Assembly: GCA_050084985.1 (NCBI GenBank)
Contig: JBITNC010000002.1
Coordinates: forward strand, 19,964,001 to 20,028,000
Direction: 5' to 3'
DNA length: 64,000 nt
Source of the DNA: Nageia nagi
Taxonomy: Eukaryota > Plantae > Pinophyta
The translations under genes and the position numbers were made by a program. Positions 38,180 through 49,659 of this stretch are shown here, piece after piece (within the stretch, counting starts at the first letter, position 1; each line of letters starts with the position of its first letter). Under the pieces are notes generated by a model. That model saw only the letters and a list, made by a program, of their open reading frames with translations, ran no database searches and had not been told where the DNA came from.

Positions 38180-41100
38180 ATAGGAGAATCTTTTTTACCC
38201 AAACACATTTTTATGATTCCAACTATGGGATTTGGGAACCTCAGACGAAAGCTGAATTGCAGGCAAGGAAGCTTTAGCAAACAATGAATAAGAACCTTGT
38301 ACCTTCTACAGATGAGAAGGCACTAGAGGCTTACAACACAAAGAATGAGTTGGCAAACTCCATGATTTACCATGCATTTTCAGATGATATGCTCCTGATG
38401 ATTTCCTCTTCAACCTTAGCAAAGAAAGCTTAGGATAAGTTTAAACAAATCTACCTTGGTTCAAACTTTTCAAGAAGGTTTACCATTCTCCAAAAGTTGT
38501 TACAATCTTGTCATAGGGAAGATGAAAATGTGGCTATCTATTTGAACAAAATCATTCACCTAAAGACTCAACTTGTTGCTTGTGGGTGAAATTGGATCAA
38601 TGATGAGTTCATGGTCTTCATCATTCTTCAAAACCTCTCTTCAAAGTTTGAAAACCGTGTGACAGTTATCAAAACAAAGCTTGATGATGAAGAAATCTTC
38701 TCCTTTGAGAACCTTTCAAGGCACCTATTGAAGCATAAGGAAACTCTTAACAATAAGGTGTTGATTTCTTCTCCTAAAGATAATAATGTTACTCTTGGAG
38801 CAACCAAAACTCCTTTCAAGAAGAAGTTCAACCATCAAAGGAAATCTTATCCTTCTTCCTTCAAAATGTTTGAGAAAAGCGGTAGTGGCTACAATAGCAG
38901 CGGGAACAACAAAAACAACCACAACAGCAGGAACAGCGGCAACAACAATCATTTCAAGCAAAAAGATGGAAAAGGCAAAGCACACTCCTTATCCTAAGGA
39001 AAAGTTTGATGGCAATTGTAACTATTGTGGCATTCAAGGCCACAAAGAAATTGATTGCTACAAAAAGAAAAAAGAGGAAAAGAATAAAGGCAATGGAAAT
39101 ATAAGGAACTACAAAGGAAAGAAGAATATTCATGCTGGTTTTGATGCGGCGCTCTACTCCATGTCTTGTTTTTTTCATCTGAATGGATTGTCAACTCTGA
39201 TTGCACTAATCACCTATGCTTTGAAAAAGAAAAGTTTGAGAACTTTCACAAGTATAAAAAGGATGCCGTTGTGATAGGTGATAACTCTACCCTTGAAGTC
39301 CAAGGAATTGGGAATGTGCTGATTCACGGAAAGGTTCTTGAAAGTGTTCTCTATGTTCCTAAGTTAAGGATGAACCTTCTCTCCGTAATCCAAGTTAGAA
39401 AATGATACTCTTTTGAGTTTGACTCTCAATCCTAGTTTATTAAGAAAGGACTTGCCACTTTGGTTAAAGGATCAGTGAAAGATAACCTCTACATTGTGGA
39501 TCAAGTTGCATTAAAGATGTGTCTTACTTCTAATGTGTGTTATAAAAACAATCTTTGACACCATCGTTTAAGGCACCTTAACCATAAGAGTATTCATGTT
39601 ATGAAATACCAAGAACTTATGGAAGGTTTGCTTTCAATTTCTCTTTTGGTTGGTCTATGCGAGAAGTGCATTCTTGGCAAGATGCACAGACAAAAGTTTA
39701 AAAAAGATAAAACAACAAGAGCATCTCAACCTCTTCAACTTGTGCATTCAGATTTGATGGGTCCATTTCAGACTAAGTCGCTTGGAGGAGCATCTTACGT
39801 CTTGACCTACATTGATGACTTTAGTAGGATGACCTTTGGCTATCTACTTGAGCATAAAGATCAAACCTTTGAGAGTTTTAAGGTTTTTAAGGCATTTGTT
39901 GAGAATCAAACTAACCTTAAAATCAAGATGTTGAAATCAGATAATGGGAGGGAATATAACAGCAATGAGTTCAATAACTATTGTGCTAATTACGAAATCA
40001 AGAGGCAGTTTACAATTCCATACACTCCTCAACAGAACAGTGTTGCCGAAAGGAAAAACAGTACAATTATGGAGATGGCTAGATGCATGTTGCATAATCT
40101 TCCTAAATTCTTGTGAGATGAAGTTGTGAGCACTGCTATTTACACCTTGAATAGGTGTCCCACAAAAGCCGTTCAAAGTAAAACTCCTTTTGAGGTATAG
40201 TCAGAAAGAAAACCTAACATTTCTCATCTTAGGGTATTTGGTTGTGAAGCATTCTCTTACATTGATTCTAAGAAAATAAAGTTGGACAAAAAAGCTAAAC
40301 AATGCATCTTTGTGGGTTATGACAGTCAACATAGAGGCTACAAGCTCTACTCTTCAACCTATAAAGCAGTGTTCGTTTCAAGAGATGTAAAGTTCAATAA
40401 ACTTCCTGAAGAATCTGCTTCTAATGAAAATGTTGATTATCAAAAGGACTCTTCAGTTGCTCCTAGCTGGTTGGATATTGATGTAATCAAGTCACTTCAG
40501 GAATAAAATTCCCCAACACAAATGGTAACAAAGAGCATGACCTTGAACAAATCCTTAATTGCCAAAATTGACAACAAACATAAGCCCTCAACCTTCAAAG
40601 AAGCTTATAAGCACGACTGCTGGATGGAAGCCATCAAAGTGGAATATGAGACGCTTATGAAAAATAAGACTTGGGACTTGGGTGCTTATCCCAATGAAAA
40701 GAATGTGATTGGCAATAAGTGGATCTACAAGGTCAAATTCAATTCAGTTGGAGATATTGAGAAATACAAGGCAAGGTTAGTAGCTAAAAATTTTGCTCAG
40801 AAATACGGTGTAGATTATGAGGAAACCTTTGCTCCCGTGGCAAAAATGCCTACTGTGAGAGTAATTCTTACTCTTTCTACAACTCAAAGATGGAAAGTTT
40901 TTCAACTTGACGTCAAGAGTGCATTTCTCAATGGTGACTTAGATGTGGAAATCTTCATGAATCAACCAGAAGGATTTATTGTGGAAGTCAAGAGTCCTTT
41001 GTGCAAGCTAAAGAAGTCATTGTATAGACTTAAGCAAGCACCTCGAACCTGGTACAGAAAGATTTCAAGGTACTTTGCAAACATTGGTTTCTCTAAGTGT

Positions 41101-42126
41101 TTTTCTGACTCCGATCTATATGTGCTCAATCAAGGAAAAGACAATGTCTTGATTCTCCTTTATGTGGATGATCTTTTAATTACTGGGAACTATGATAAAA
41201 TCATTCAAGAGTGCATATCCAAACTTAAGGCAACATTTGAAAGGACTGATCTTGGTCTCTTGCACTACTATCTTGAAATGCAAGTGTATCAATACAAGGA
41301 TTGTACTTACCTCGGTCAATCTAAGTTTATATCAGACATCTTGCAGAAGTTTGGAATGGAGGAGTGTAGATATGTTGCAATCCTAATCTCTCCTGGAATC
41401 ACTATTTTTCTAAGCTCCAACTCTCAGTTAGCTGATGCTACAGCTTACAGGCAATTAATTGGTAGTCTTTTGTATTTGACTATATCCAGGCCAGATATTA
41501 CCTTTGCAGTGAATCTGATGGCACGATTTATGCAGAAACCTTATGTTGAGCACCTCAATGCTATTAAGCAAATTTTGAGGTATGTTGCAAGGACTAAGGA
41601 TCTTGCTCTCAAGTATTCCAAATTACCCTCAATTGTTCTCTCTGGATTCTCAGATTCTAACTATGGAGGAGATAGAGATGACAGGAAGTCAACCTCTGCG
41701 TATGTGTTTAGCATTCGTTCAGATGCTATCTCTTGGGCTTCCAAGAAGAAACCTATTGTTTTTCTTTCCACCACAGAAGCTGAATATCATGCCATGTCTA
41801 TTGCAACCCAAGAAGCCATTTGGCTAAGGCATCTTCTAAAAGAAATTGGGTATGAACAAGATGGTTCATCTTTGATTTCTTTAAACAATCAGTCAGCTAT
41901 TTCTTTGGCTGAGAATCCTGTGTTCCATCAGAGAATAAAACATGTAAAAATCCATGCCCATTTTATCAGGAAGAAGGTTCTTGATGGCATCATACACCTA
42001 GAGTATTGTCCATCCACCTTGAACTCCGCTGATTTGTTCACCAAGCCCCTCCCGGAAGCTCAGTTCTGTAAGCTTAAGGATGCTATCGAGTTGGTGAAGT
42101 TGCCCTCAAGAGGGAGTGAAGTTTGA
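38180..42126 (+). pseudogene. Copia gag-pol (gag, CCHC, protease, integrase, RT, RNase H), inactivated by stops and frameshifts
   Basis: CNYCGIQGHKEIDC; WIVNSDCTNH; LQLVHSDLMGP...IDDFSR...TPQQN; YKARLVAK, QLDVKSAFLNG, YVDDLL; IN-RT order is the copia type. Confidence 0.95.
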
Positions 42127-42229
42127 ATTCTTGTGTTGAATACATGTTTGTGATGACAACTTCACCCCAAGGAGGATTTTATGTTGTATAGTGTTGATTT
42201 TGTTGTACACCTTCGTGGTAAGTTCGCTT

Positions 42230-42470
42230 TGCATGAGGAACTTGTACAAATTGGCCAATCTTGCACTGTTCAGTTATCCATGTGTGAGGAACTCTTATGT
42301 GTCTTTTGACACTTCAGTTATCCATATGTGAAGAACTCGTATGTGCATACTCTATTTTTGGTCAATCTAGCGCTGTTCAATTATCCATGTGTGAGGAACT
42401 CTTATGTGTCTTTTGGCATTGTTCAGTTATCCATATGTGAGGAACTCATATGTGCATGCTCTATTTTGTA
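42230..42470 (+). repeat. Copia 3' UTR tandem array, alternating ~46/63-bp units (2 dimers)
   Basis: Recurring TCAGTTATCCAT(G/A)TGTGAGGAACTC core. Confidence 0.9.
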
Positions 42471-43413
42471 ATGATAATCAAGACATGTTTTATATACAAA
42501 AGGTGACTATAAGTTTTTGGCATGGCATCTTCGTGATGGCTTATAGTGCACCATTCATCAGTTCATGATGGCATTTGTGTGATTCATCTATCTTTGTTGA
42601 TATGAATATGATGCATCTAACTGATCTTGTTATTTGAGTTGCTTATGACTTGCAGGTTTCTTTGAGATTGTAGGTTACTTACCTCAGGTATGCAAGCTCT
42701 TGGAGACTCTTCATGACTTCCAGTTGGATAACTACTTCATGTACATTGAAACCGGTTGTGGTTAATGATTGTATTTGGCAAAGTAGTGTCTCAAACTAGA
42801 TCTTTCTTACTTCACAAATATGTAAAAAGTTCTCATCTTCGTTGTATTTATTTGAAGAACTCTCTTACTTTCTCTTATTCTCTCTTACTCGCTTTATCCC
42901 AATATTGCATTAAAGGGGAGTGTTGGAATGTATAATACATTATTGTAAAGGTTTGTATTAAATCTTCTATGTAAATTCACTAATACTTAAGGGTATCATG
43001 ACACCTTAAGTATAAGTGAATATGATAATATAACTTGTCCTACACTCCATGTCATGAACATGCCCCTTGGGTAAAAGGATGTGCATGTCATGTTTTTGTA
43101 TATTGGATAAAAGGGTGATCCAAAAAGGGATTTTGGCCTATAAATAGAAGGCTCCCTCTTTGTAATTATACACCAATTGTGGAGTAAAGTTATGCTATAA
43201 GATAGAAGTTTAGAAGTTGAGATTAGGAGAATTATAATAGAGTTGTATTTGTGATTGAAGAAAAGATCTAGTTAGTGGATGTACTTCTAGTTGGAGGAAC
43301 TGCTTACATCTTGTGTTGTGAGATTGTTGTAGGTTTGTTAGAACTTACTGTGAGCTTTCATGTGATATTGGTTGATTAGGAATTATCTTGTTAGTGTTGG
43401 TTCATTCACAAAA

Positions 43414-44837
43414 GCATATGGAAGGCTTGGGAAGCCTTGAAGCCATGGATTTGTTGGCAAGGAAATGGCCGAGGCTCAAGAGCTTCTTGTTCCTCCCTTA
43501 GTTTGTGGTAGTCCCCGGACGTTACTTATGATGGCACGCCTTTAGCAGAAGTGCAATGGATTCATGCTTAAAGATTTCACAGAAAGGGAATTGACTCTTT
43601 TCAGGATCTTTATGATGTTCAGACCAAGAGCTGGTATACTTGGGATAAGTTCAAACGCTTGCATGGGCTCTCGCCTAGTGATAAGTCAACTTTTGAGTTT
43701 TTAATTGATAAAACCCCTTTCTCGATTTGAGTCCGCCTAGGCAAGGTCTTTCAACCTTCTTGGTGGACAGACTGGGCCTGGCCTAACAATGTTTGTTTGC
43801 TCAAGTATAAACCTCACCTAGGTCATTCTTGGCTTTCACCACATGTTCCCATGGTTAAGGTTCTGAATAACAAATGGGATCTTCTTTCATCTCAATCAAG
43901 ATGGAAGCTGCATTTCACTACTGTTTGGAAATCTTATATTGAACCTAAGCATAGTTTTTTTGCTTGGAATCTGTTACACCAAGGTTTACCTAATGGTATC
44001 CATAGAGTTTACTTGGGGTCCCTAATCCTACTTGTGCTTTTTGTAATTCCCCTGAAGATTTCCTCCATATTTTCTAGTCTTGTTCAAAAGCTAAAGCTAT
44101 CTGGGATTGGATTTTCTCTTTTTTTAACCAATTCCTTGCTACACCTTGTTTTTGGGTTCATGCTCTCTTGGGTGATCCTCTACTTGAAGTGTGGCACATC
44201 TTCTGTTTTATTTATGGAAGAGCAAAAATAACATCATTTTTGGCAGAGAAGGAGCTTATGTTTCTTTTTCCCTTTCTGATAAATATGTCATATTCTAAGA
44301 TACATGGTTGCAGATTATTGCTCAAGTGGAGAAAGTAAATTTGGAGGTTCAGCACTTACGAAACATACTGGACTACTGGGCCTATGCTCCCTGTGCCATG
44401 AGTCGGCTCCCTCCTGATCGGCCTCCTCATTATCAACAGACTCAACGACAAGGCGTTTCGGGTGGACGGACTTGACCTCGGAGTTGGGGTTCCCCTCCTT
44501 GCCAACCTCCTTCGTCACCTGTTCAAATTGGTCCCAACCACCTTCAAACCTGAAGAGACTCCGTTCTGCTGCTCCTTCCTCCTCTTGTGTGCATTCAGGC
44601 TAGGATATGCAACCAAGTGTTTCTCCTCCGAGGACGGGATGGGGTGACGACCCTCGCCTGCAACCACAATGCAATTGGGGGACTATGCCTGCAATGGGAG
44701 ATGTGCCAACTCCTCAGCTCCATGCTCAATCAAGGGAGAATGATGGTTGGAGCAATGATGATAGCACTAATCATGGTTGGGCTTACCTGGGTCAAACAGA
44801 CAATTTTCATCCTCCCGATGAGCTTGAAACTAACTAA
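43414..44837 (+). pseudogene. LINE ORF2 3' part: zf-RVT region plus low-complexity GW/WG-containing tail
   Basis: SIWKAW continues the ORF across the TSD. FAWNLLHQGLP...CAFC...EDFLHIF..C..AKAIW is the zf-RVT pattern. The tail ends TAA at 44837. Confidence 0.8.
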
Positions 44838-44933
44838 CTTGTTAGTTGAAATTTGTAGCACTCCGTAAGAAATTTATGTGAACTTTTGTCGTGTTTGAGG
44901 TTGTGACGTCCCATTTGGACCAGTGAGCAATTG

Positions 44934-46098
44934 TGTAATGACCCCTTTTGTATTCTAGCATGTGTTCATGTTCATGTTGTGATTGTGTAACTCGAGCAGG
45001 AGCTTATAGTCTGTGGACTCCATTGTGAGCCCAATAATGGGCCATCTCCCCTTGAGTAGTAATGTTGTGTGTTGTAATGGGTTATCTCGGATTGTGGGAA
45101 TCCCTAGGTAGTCATGTGTCATGCATGTTGGAGGTGCATGGAGGAGCGTGCCAACGTTGGGAGGACCCCACATACCCCATGTTGGCCCATGAGACCTTAC
45201 AGACCCCCACGTCAACCTAAAAGGCCACTTGGACCCCACGTCAACCTTAAGGGCCTTTATGACCCCCACGTTGGCTTACTAGGCCAATATGACCCCCACG
45301 TTGACATGGTTGACTTGTTGACCCCAACGTTCGATTAAAAATGGCTTGGAGTGATAACGAGGCATGACTTGTGTACATGAGAGACTATATATAGAGGATG
45401 AAGCTCCATTATGAGGTGACCACTTATCATACACTTTCTATACCAATCTTGATCGAGCAACAAAGTCTTAGCGATGCTAAGCAACTATTCCTAGACGGCG
45501 TTTAAAGAAGTGGCAGGGTTGGGAGCCTGACATTCTACAGCTTAGGTGGGTCACCTAGCCCATCCGGTGGAATTTTGAGGACGAGCTTCTACCTTCATTA
45601 GTCGCCAAGATTCGAGGAGACTCCTTGGCAGGAGGGTATTTGGATACTGAGGGAGTCAATCTATCCTACAGTTTGGTTCAACTCTCAGATGGTTTGGAAC
45701 CCTAGATCAGATGGTGTACCTCCATTGTACATTCATAGTCTTTCATAATCCAAAAAGCAATTCATTGTGTTCCATATCATTGTGTTGTTCCATTGTGTGC
45801 ATGTGTTAGCCCTTATGGCATTGTGTTGTTATATCATTGTGTGTTCCATGTGTTGTGATATACTGGTATTGGAAGCTACATATTGCTTGTATACCCATTG
45901 TTGCCATTTCTGTGTTGTGCAATTGTGTTGAGGACATTCGTAGGGTTTGCAAGATGTTGGAGAAACCCTAGGGGTTGACGTCAGCATTTGGTGGCCTACC
46001 TTTGGTATTGATGGTTGCAGAAACCCTAGTGTTGTTTGTTTTTTATTGAAGGTAATTTTAGATTCTCGTAAAGGTTTTCGAGTTTTATTTTGTTTCTT
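44934..46098 (+). mobile_element. LTR fragment nested in the LINE 3' UTR (LTR about 44934-45985 plus a short internal stub)
   Basis: Starts TGTAATGACCCC. TATATATAGAGG near 45387. ~30-bp GACCCCCACGT repeats at 45165-45330. ...GTCAGCA is followed by PBS-like TGGTGGCC. Right boundary uncertain. Confidence 0.6.
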
Positions 46099-46319
46099 AA
46101 TTGTTAGTTAGTGTGACTTTCGAGGTGTGCTAATCCCACCCATTTTGTATGATTAATCTTTTCTTAATTTAAAATCTTTTCATAAAAAAAGAAAAAAAAA
46201 AACATATCACTAACGTGGTAAAAACAAATTCACACCATCTTTCTCTCTTTCTTTCTTTATAAGAATAAATGCTATGTGCACACATATTTACTGTAGCATT
46301 TTATTTTGCAATAAATTAC

Positions 46320-46422
46320 CCATGCTAATGAGGGCTTGAACTCCAAAATCGGCAACTGTCACGGGCGTCCTGTCACCTTTCTCCAATATTCCCCTTTCTC
46401 TTGAGAAGATCTGTCTTTGCAC
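46320..46422 (-). CDS. Exon 3 of the PAP-specific phosphatase gene
   Basis: Acceptor GAAG|GTG, donor G|GTAATT. Translates VQRQIFSRERGILEKGDRTPVTVADFGVQALISM, containing the family K-x-D-x-T-P-V-T-x-A-D motif. Confidence 0.95.
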
Positions 46423-46522
46423 CTTCAGTATCACCAGCACCTCTCAGTCTTATCACCAATTATCCTTCCACAAATTACAGCAAGGGTTAAAACTACAAAT
46501 TGAATGAAAACAACATGCTTAC

Positions 46523-46619
46523 GTTCACGCAAAGGCGGCATGCTCTCTGCACGGCGTCGACGGCGGCTTCAAGTTCTCGGCCATATTTCGAACCCTCTGA
46601 TAAAAATGACAGACTCGAC
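46523..46619 (-). CDS. Exon 2 of the PAP-specific phosphatase gene
   Basis: Acceptor GCAG|G, donor AAC|GTAAGC. Translates (R)SSLSFLSEGSKYGRELEAAVDAVQRACRLCVN, matching the family motif YxxELExAxxAVxRACRLC. Confidence 0.93.
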
Positions 46620-46702
46620 CTGCGCACCCATTAAGCCCTACATTTCAGGAGCGCGGGGAAAAAATTTGTTGCCGATCCTGCGAATTGCAGAAATGTGATT
46701 AC

Positions 46703-46770
46703 CTTACTGGAAGGATGCGAGAAGCAGTAAAGCGGAAGGGAAGATAAGAAGGCACACAGCACAATTTCAT
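46703..46770 (-). CDS. Exon 1 of a putative organellar PAP-specific 3'(2'),5'-bisphosphate nucleotidase (inositol monophosphatase/SAL-HAL2 family, At4g05090-like)
   Basis: ATG at 46770 with an in-frame upstream TAG. Translates MKLCCVPSYLPFRFTASRILPV(R), which is transit-peptide-like. Donor AG|GTAATC; phase 2 fits exon 2. Confidence 0.75.
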
Positions 46771-46827
46771 TCTCGGATTATTCCGTCGTCTCACGAGCGT
46801 CTTCTACAGGATCGAGAGGTACGAGTG

Positions 46828-46865
46828 CACAGCTTCTGGCGGGACTCGAACCCGCAACTTCTGTG
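46828..46865 (-). promoter_or_regulatory. tRNA T-arm / B-box-like hairpin about 70 bp upstream of the host ATG
   Basis: The minus strand reads GCGGG-TTCGAGT-CCCGC (B-box GGTTCGAGTCC), with outer CACAG/CTGTG pairing. No D-arm or anticodon arm. Confidence 0.5.
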
Positions 46866-47399
46866 GAGATACTGGGCTGCTCTTCACAATAAAATTGTGA
46901 TTGGCGTATTGTATATAATATAGTGAAGGTTTTTTCTATATTATTAACGAATATTTTGAGTTTATTTATTGTTATATAATTTTATATTAGTTTCTTTTAT
47001 GTAGGTGGTTAAAATAAGTTGAATACGATTATTTGGTATCATTTCATATGTTTATATTCAAGTTTTTATTTTTGTAAATTTTCTATTCAAATATTATAAT
47101 ATTTTTTCTTTTGTAAATTTAATTTTGTTAGTCTATAATATTATTATAAGATTTAAATTATTGTCAATTAATATTATTTTAGAATACATATAAAATTTAG
47201 AAAGTGTATTTGGTAGATATTTTTTTAACAAAAAAATGTTATTATATTACTTTGAAAAAATATGTTTTATACTTATTCACAAAAAAAGGTGGGTGAAAAG
47301 AAATTCACACCTTGAAGTCTATGTGAGTTAAAGGCCTTGGTATAAAAATCAAATCAAAATAATTTTATCGCAATGGTTCAATTATGATAGTATTTAGGC

Positions 47400-49560
47400 A
47401 AAAGTTGTTATAGAACTAGAGGGAGGTGGATCTTTGTCTAAGGGGTCACCCTAGCTTGTCGATGCATTAAGAGTCTCCATGGGAGAAACCCATCCCAAGT
47501 TGGCCTTGTCAATGGTAGGAGTTGTGACCTAATCCTTTACATCTCTCATGGGTAGATGACGAGACTTGAGAAAATTTATCATTAAGGGGATTACTAAGCC
47601 ATCCTTAAGCTCCCCAATTCTAAGACTTCCATTCTCTACACTTGTGTTGTAGGCTCCAATGGATGCCTTAAAAGTTTTAGTTATGGTATCACTTGCAAGC
47701 TTGGGATTGACTTTATTATGATGGGGAGGAAAGGACTCTTATGACTATGCATGGCATGTTTATCCAATACTTCCTAAGAGTTTGAAGATGGGCTACTTCA
47801 AGAATGACTTTATTGAGTTATACATAGAACTACAAAAGAACATTTAAAAAATATTTTGGCTTTAGCTCATACATAAATATGTGTATCTATTGAAATTTTA
47901 TAAAATATTGTAAAACTTATATCCTACCATGTGTTAAATGTAATTTATAGCCTAAAGGTATACCATAACTAAAACTTGAAAAGCAATTTGAGCCAATTTC
48001 CTAATACGTTCATATGTTAAGAGATCGATTGTAGTTTAAATGATTTTTAAAAGTTGTGAATTTAGGATCATGCAAATCTTATACTTTAGGGAAAAGCTAA
48101 AATAATTGTTTGACATTCTTTTTATGACCATGAAAATGACACCATGGTTTGGCGAACCCCAAATGAGCCAACCTTTCTTTGATAGCCTTGGTATAACAAA
48201 CACTAAGTGAAATGGAAAATTTTTGGGCTATGTAACTATGGCCTAGATAATCTAAACATGTGTTGCTAGATGTTAGCCATGGAATTTAGCCACTACCTAG
48301 TATTAAGTTTATGAACCATCAATAGATCTAGGGAGAAAGCCAATCATATACCTTGTAAGGCTTGTATTTGTAGAAAGATGTATTTGGTTGCCATTTTTAG
48401 TTTATGTACAATGGATAAGAAGGCATAATCTCAATTTTATGTAGCATGTCTAAGGAGACCACATCAACCATTGATTGGTACAATTCTTGATCCTAATTGA
48501 TCAATTTGAACTTGATTTTGACCTTATATCAGGTTATCCAATTTCTAATTGAATTGGAAAAGAGGTTTTTCACTACACGAATTCCCCTATTGCAAAATTT
48601 TTAAAGAATGCATCCAAGGGATTTTGCCTAAAGGTTAATCCTAGTATGGAATGATAAATGATTATCAAATAGATTGATGGTTGATAACCATTGTGAAATT
48701 CATTCCCTTTGTACTAGATCCATGGTTTAATGGCTTCCCAATCTTTCACATGCTTTTAGTAATGAAGGAAACATGGATTTTTATAAGAGCCTTAAAAATA
48801 AATAAGGTTTTTAATCTCAAACCTTGTCCTCGTAAGGGGATCCTATGGAAATATAATAGTGAAGAATAATTTTCCAATCTTTTTCACTCTCAATAGCTTG
48901 AATAGTACATCTTGCATAAAGAGTATCACTTATCATTGTATGTCCATAAGGTTCATATCACCAAAATCACATGGAGATAACAAAAATACCAAGCTACCTA
49001 ATGGAATCCTTTCCATTGGTCTAAGGAGGTCCATATAAAGTTTTAAAGGATATTATTTAAGTTTATATAGAAATCTTTTAAAGGAGCCCAACAGGAAGAA
49101 TAATATACATGCATTGTTGCAAGAATTTTATAGCAAACTTATAATTTATTTGTAGGATACATGGGCTTTGAAATCTAATGTTATTGTTTCTTTATTACTC
49201 AATCAACATGTTGCAAAAGTTTTAACAATGAGGATTGAAAAACAAATGAGATTCCTAGGAATAAAAAGGTTCACCATGGCCAATTCACTTTCATTCATAA
49301 TTAGTTAACTAGGATATTATAACAAGGAAGGATTATTGGAAGTAATACATTTTTTTCCATTAAATGCTTGATCTTATCACTAAACAAAATATGCTTAGAT
49401 ATTTAAGGACTCATGAGATATTATATTCTTCCTTCTTCAAGGTGAGAAAAAAAATCATTTATAAAATGTCCATTGATATAATGGAAATTAGAGGAATGGG
49501 GGAGAGTAATGTCTCAAACCCTACCTTGAGATTCTACATGGGAAAGTGATTTGTAAATCT
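47400..49560 (-). mobile_element. Highly degraded L1-type LINE relic (RT to 3' end)
   Basis: Minus-strand remnants resembling the RQG-DP-L RT motif near 48820-48845 and RNase-H-like 3' sequence near 47480-47600. No intact ORF. Confidence 0.5.
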
Positions 49561-49659
49561 CTATAAGCTATGTTATTCTAGAGATCACCAAATACAAATT
49601 TCTTTACTTAACCTTTACATTTACTTTTATGTGAACATTATTGTGACTAATTCATCAAC

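Larger units (their letters stand above)
35088..43408 (+). mobile_element. Complete Ty1/copia LTR retrotransposon (8.3 kb) inserted in LINE ORF2
   Basis: LTRs 35088-35581 and 42921-43408 (TG..CA, roughly 92-93% identical by eye). TSD CAAAA (35083-35087, 43409-43413). PBS TGGTATCAGAGC 35585-35596. PPT AAAGGGGAG 42912-42920. Confidence 0.97.
30736..46200 (+). mobile_element. Full-length L1-clade LINE, antisense in host intron 3, carrying nested insertions
   Basis: 11-bp TSD AACATATCACT (30725-30735, 46201-46211). Poly-A at 46184-46200. ORF1 and ORF2 are recognisable, and ORF2 resumes after the copia insert. Confidence 0.9.

Noticed and set aside
46099-46103. AATTG as TSD of the 44934 LTR
   Set aside because: It matches 44929-44933 but is not preceded by a CA terminus and could be chance in AT-rich DNA
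46504-46698. Plus-strand ORF MKTTCLRSRKGG...
   Set aside because: Antisense shadow of GC-rich exon 2 of the phosphatase gene
46825-46900. Complete tRNA gene
   Set aside because: Only a T-arm is present; there is no 5' acceptor strand, D-arm or anticodon arm
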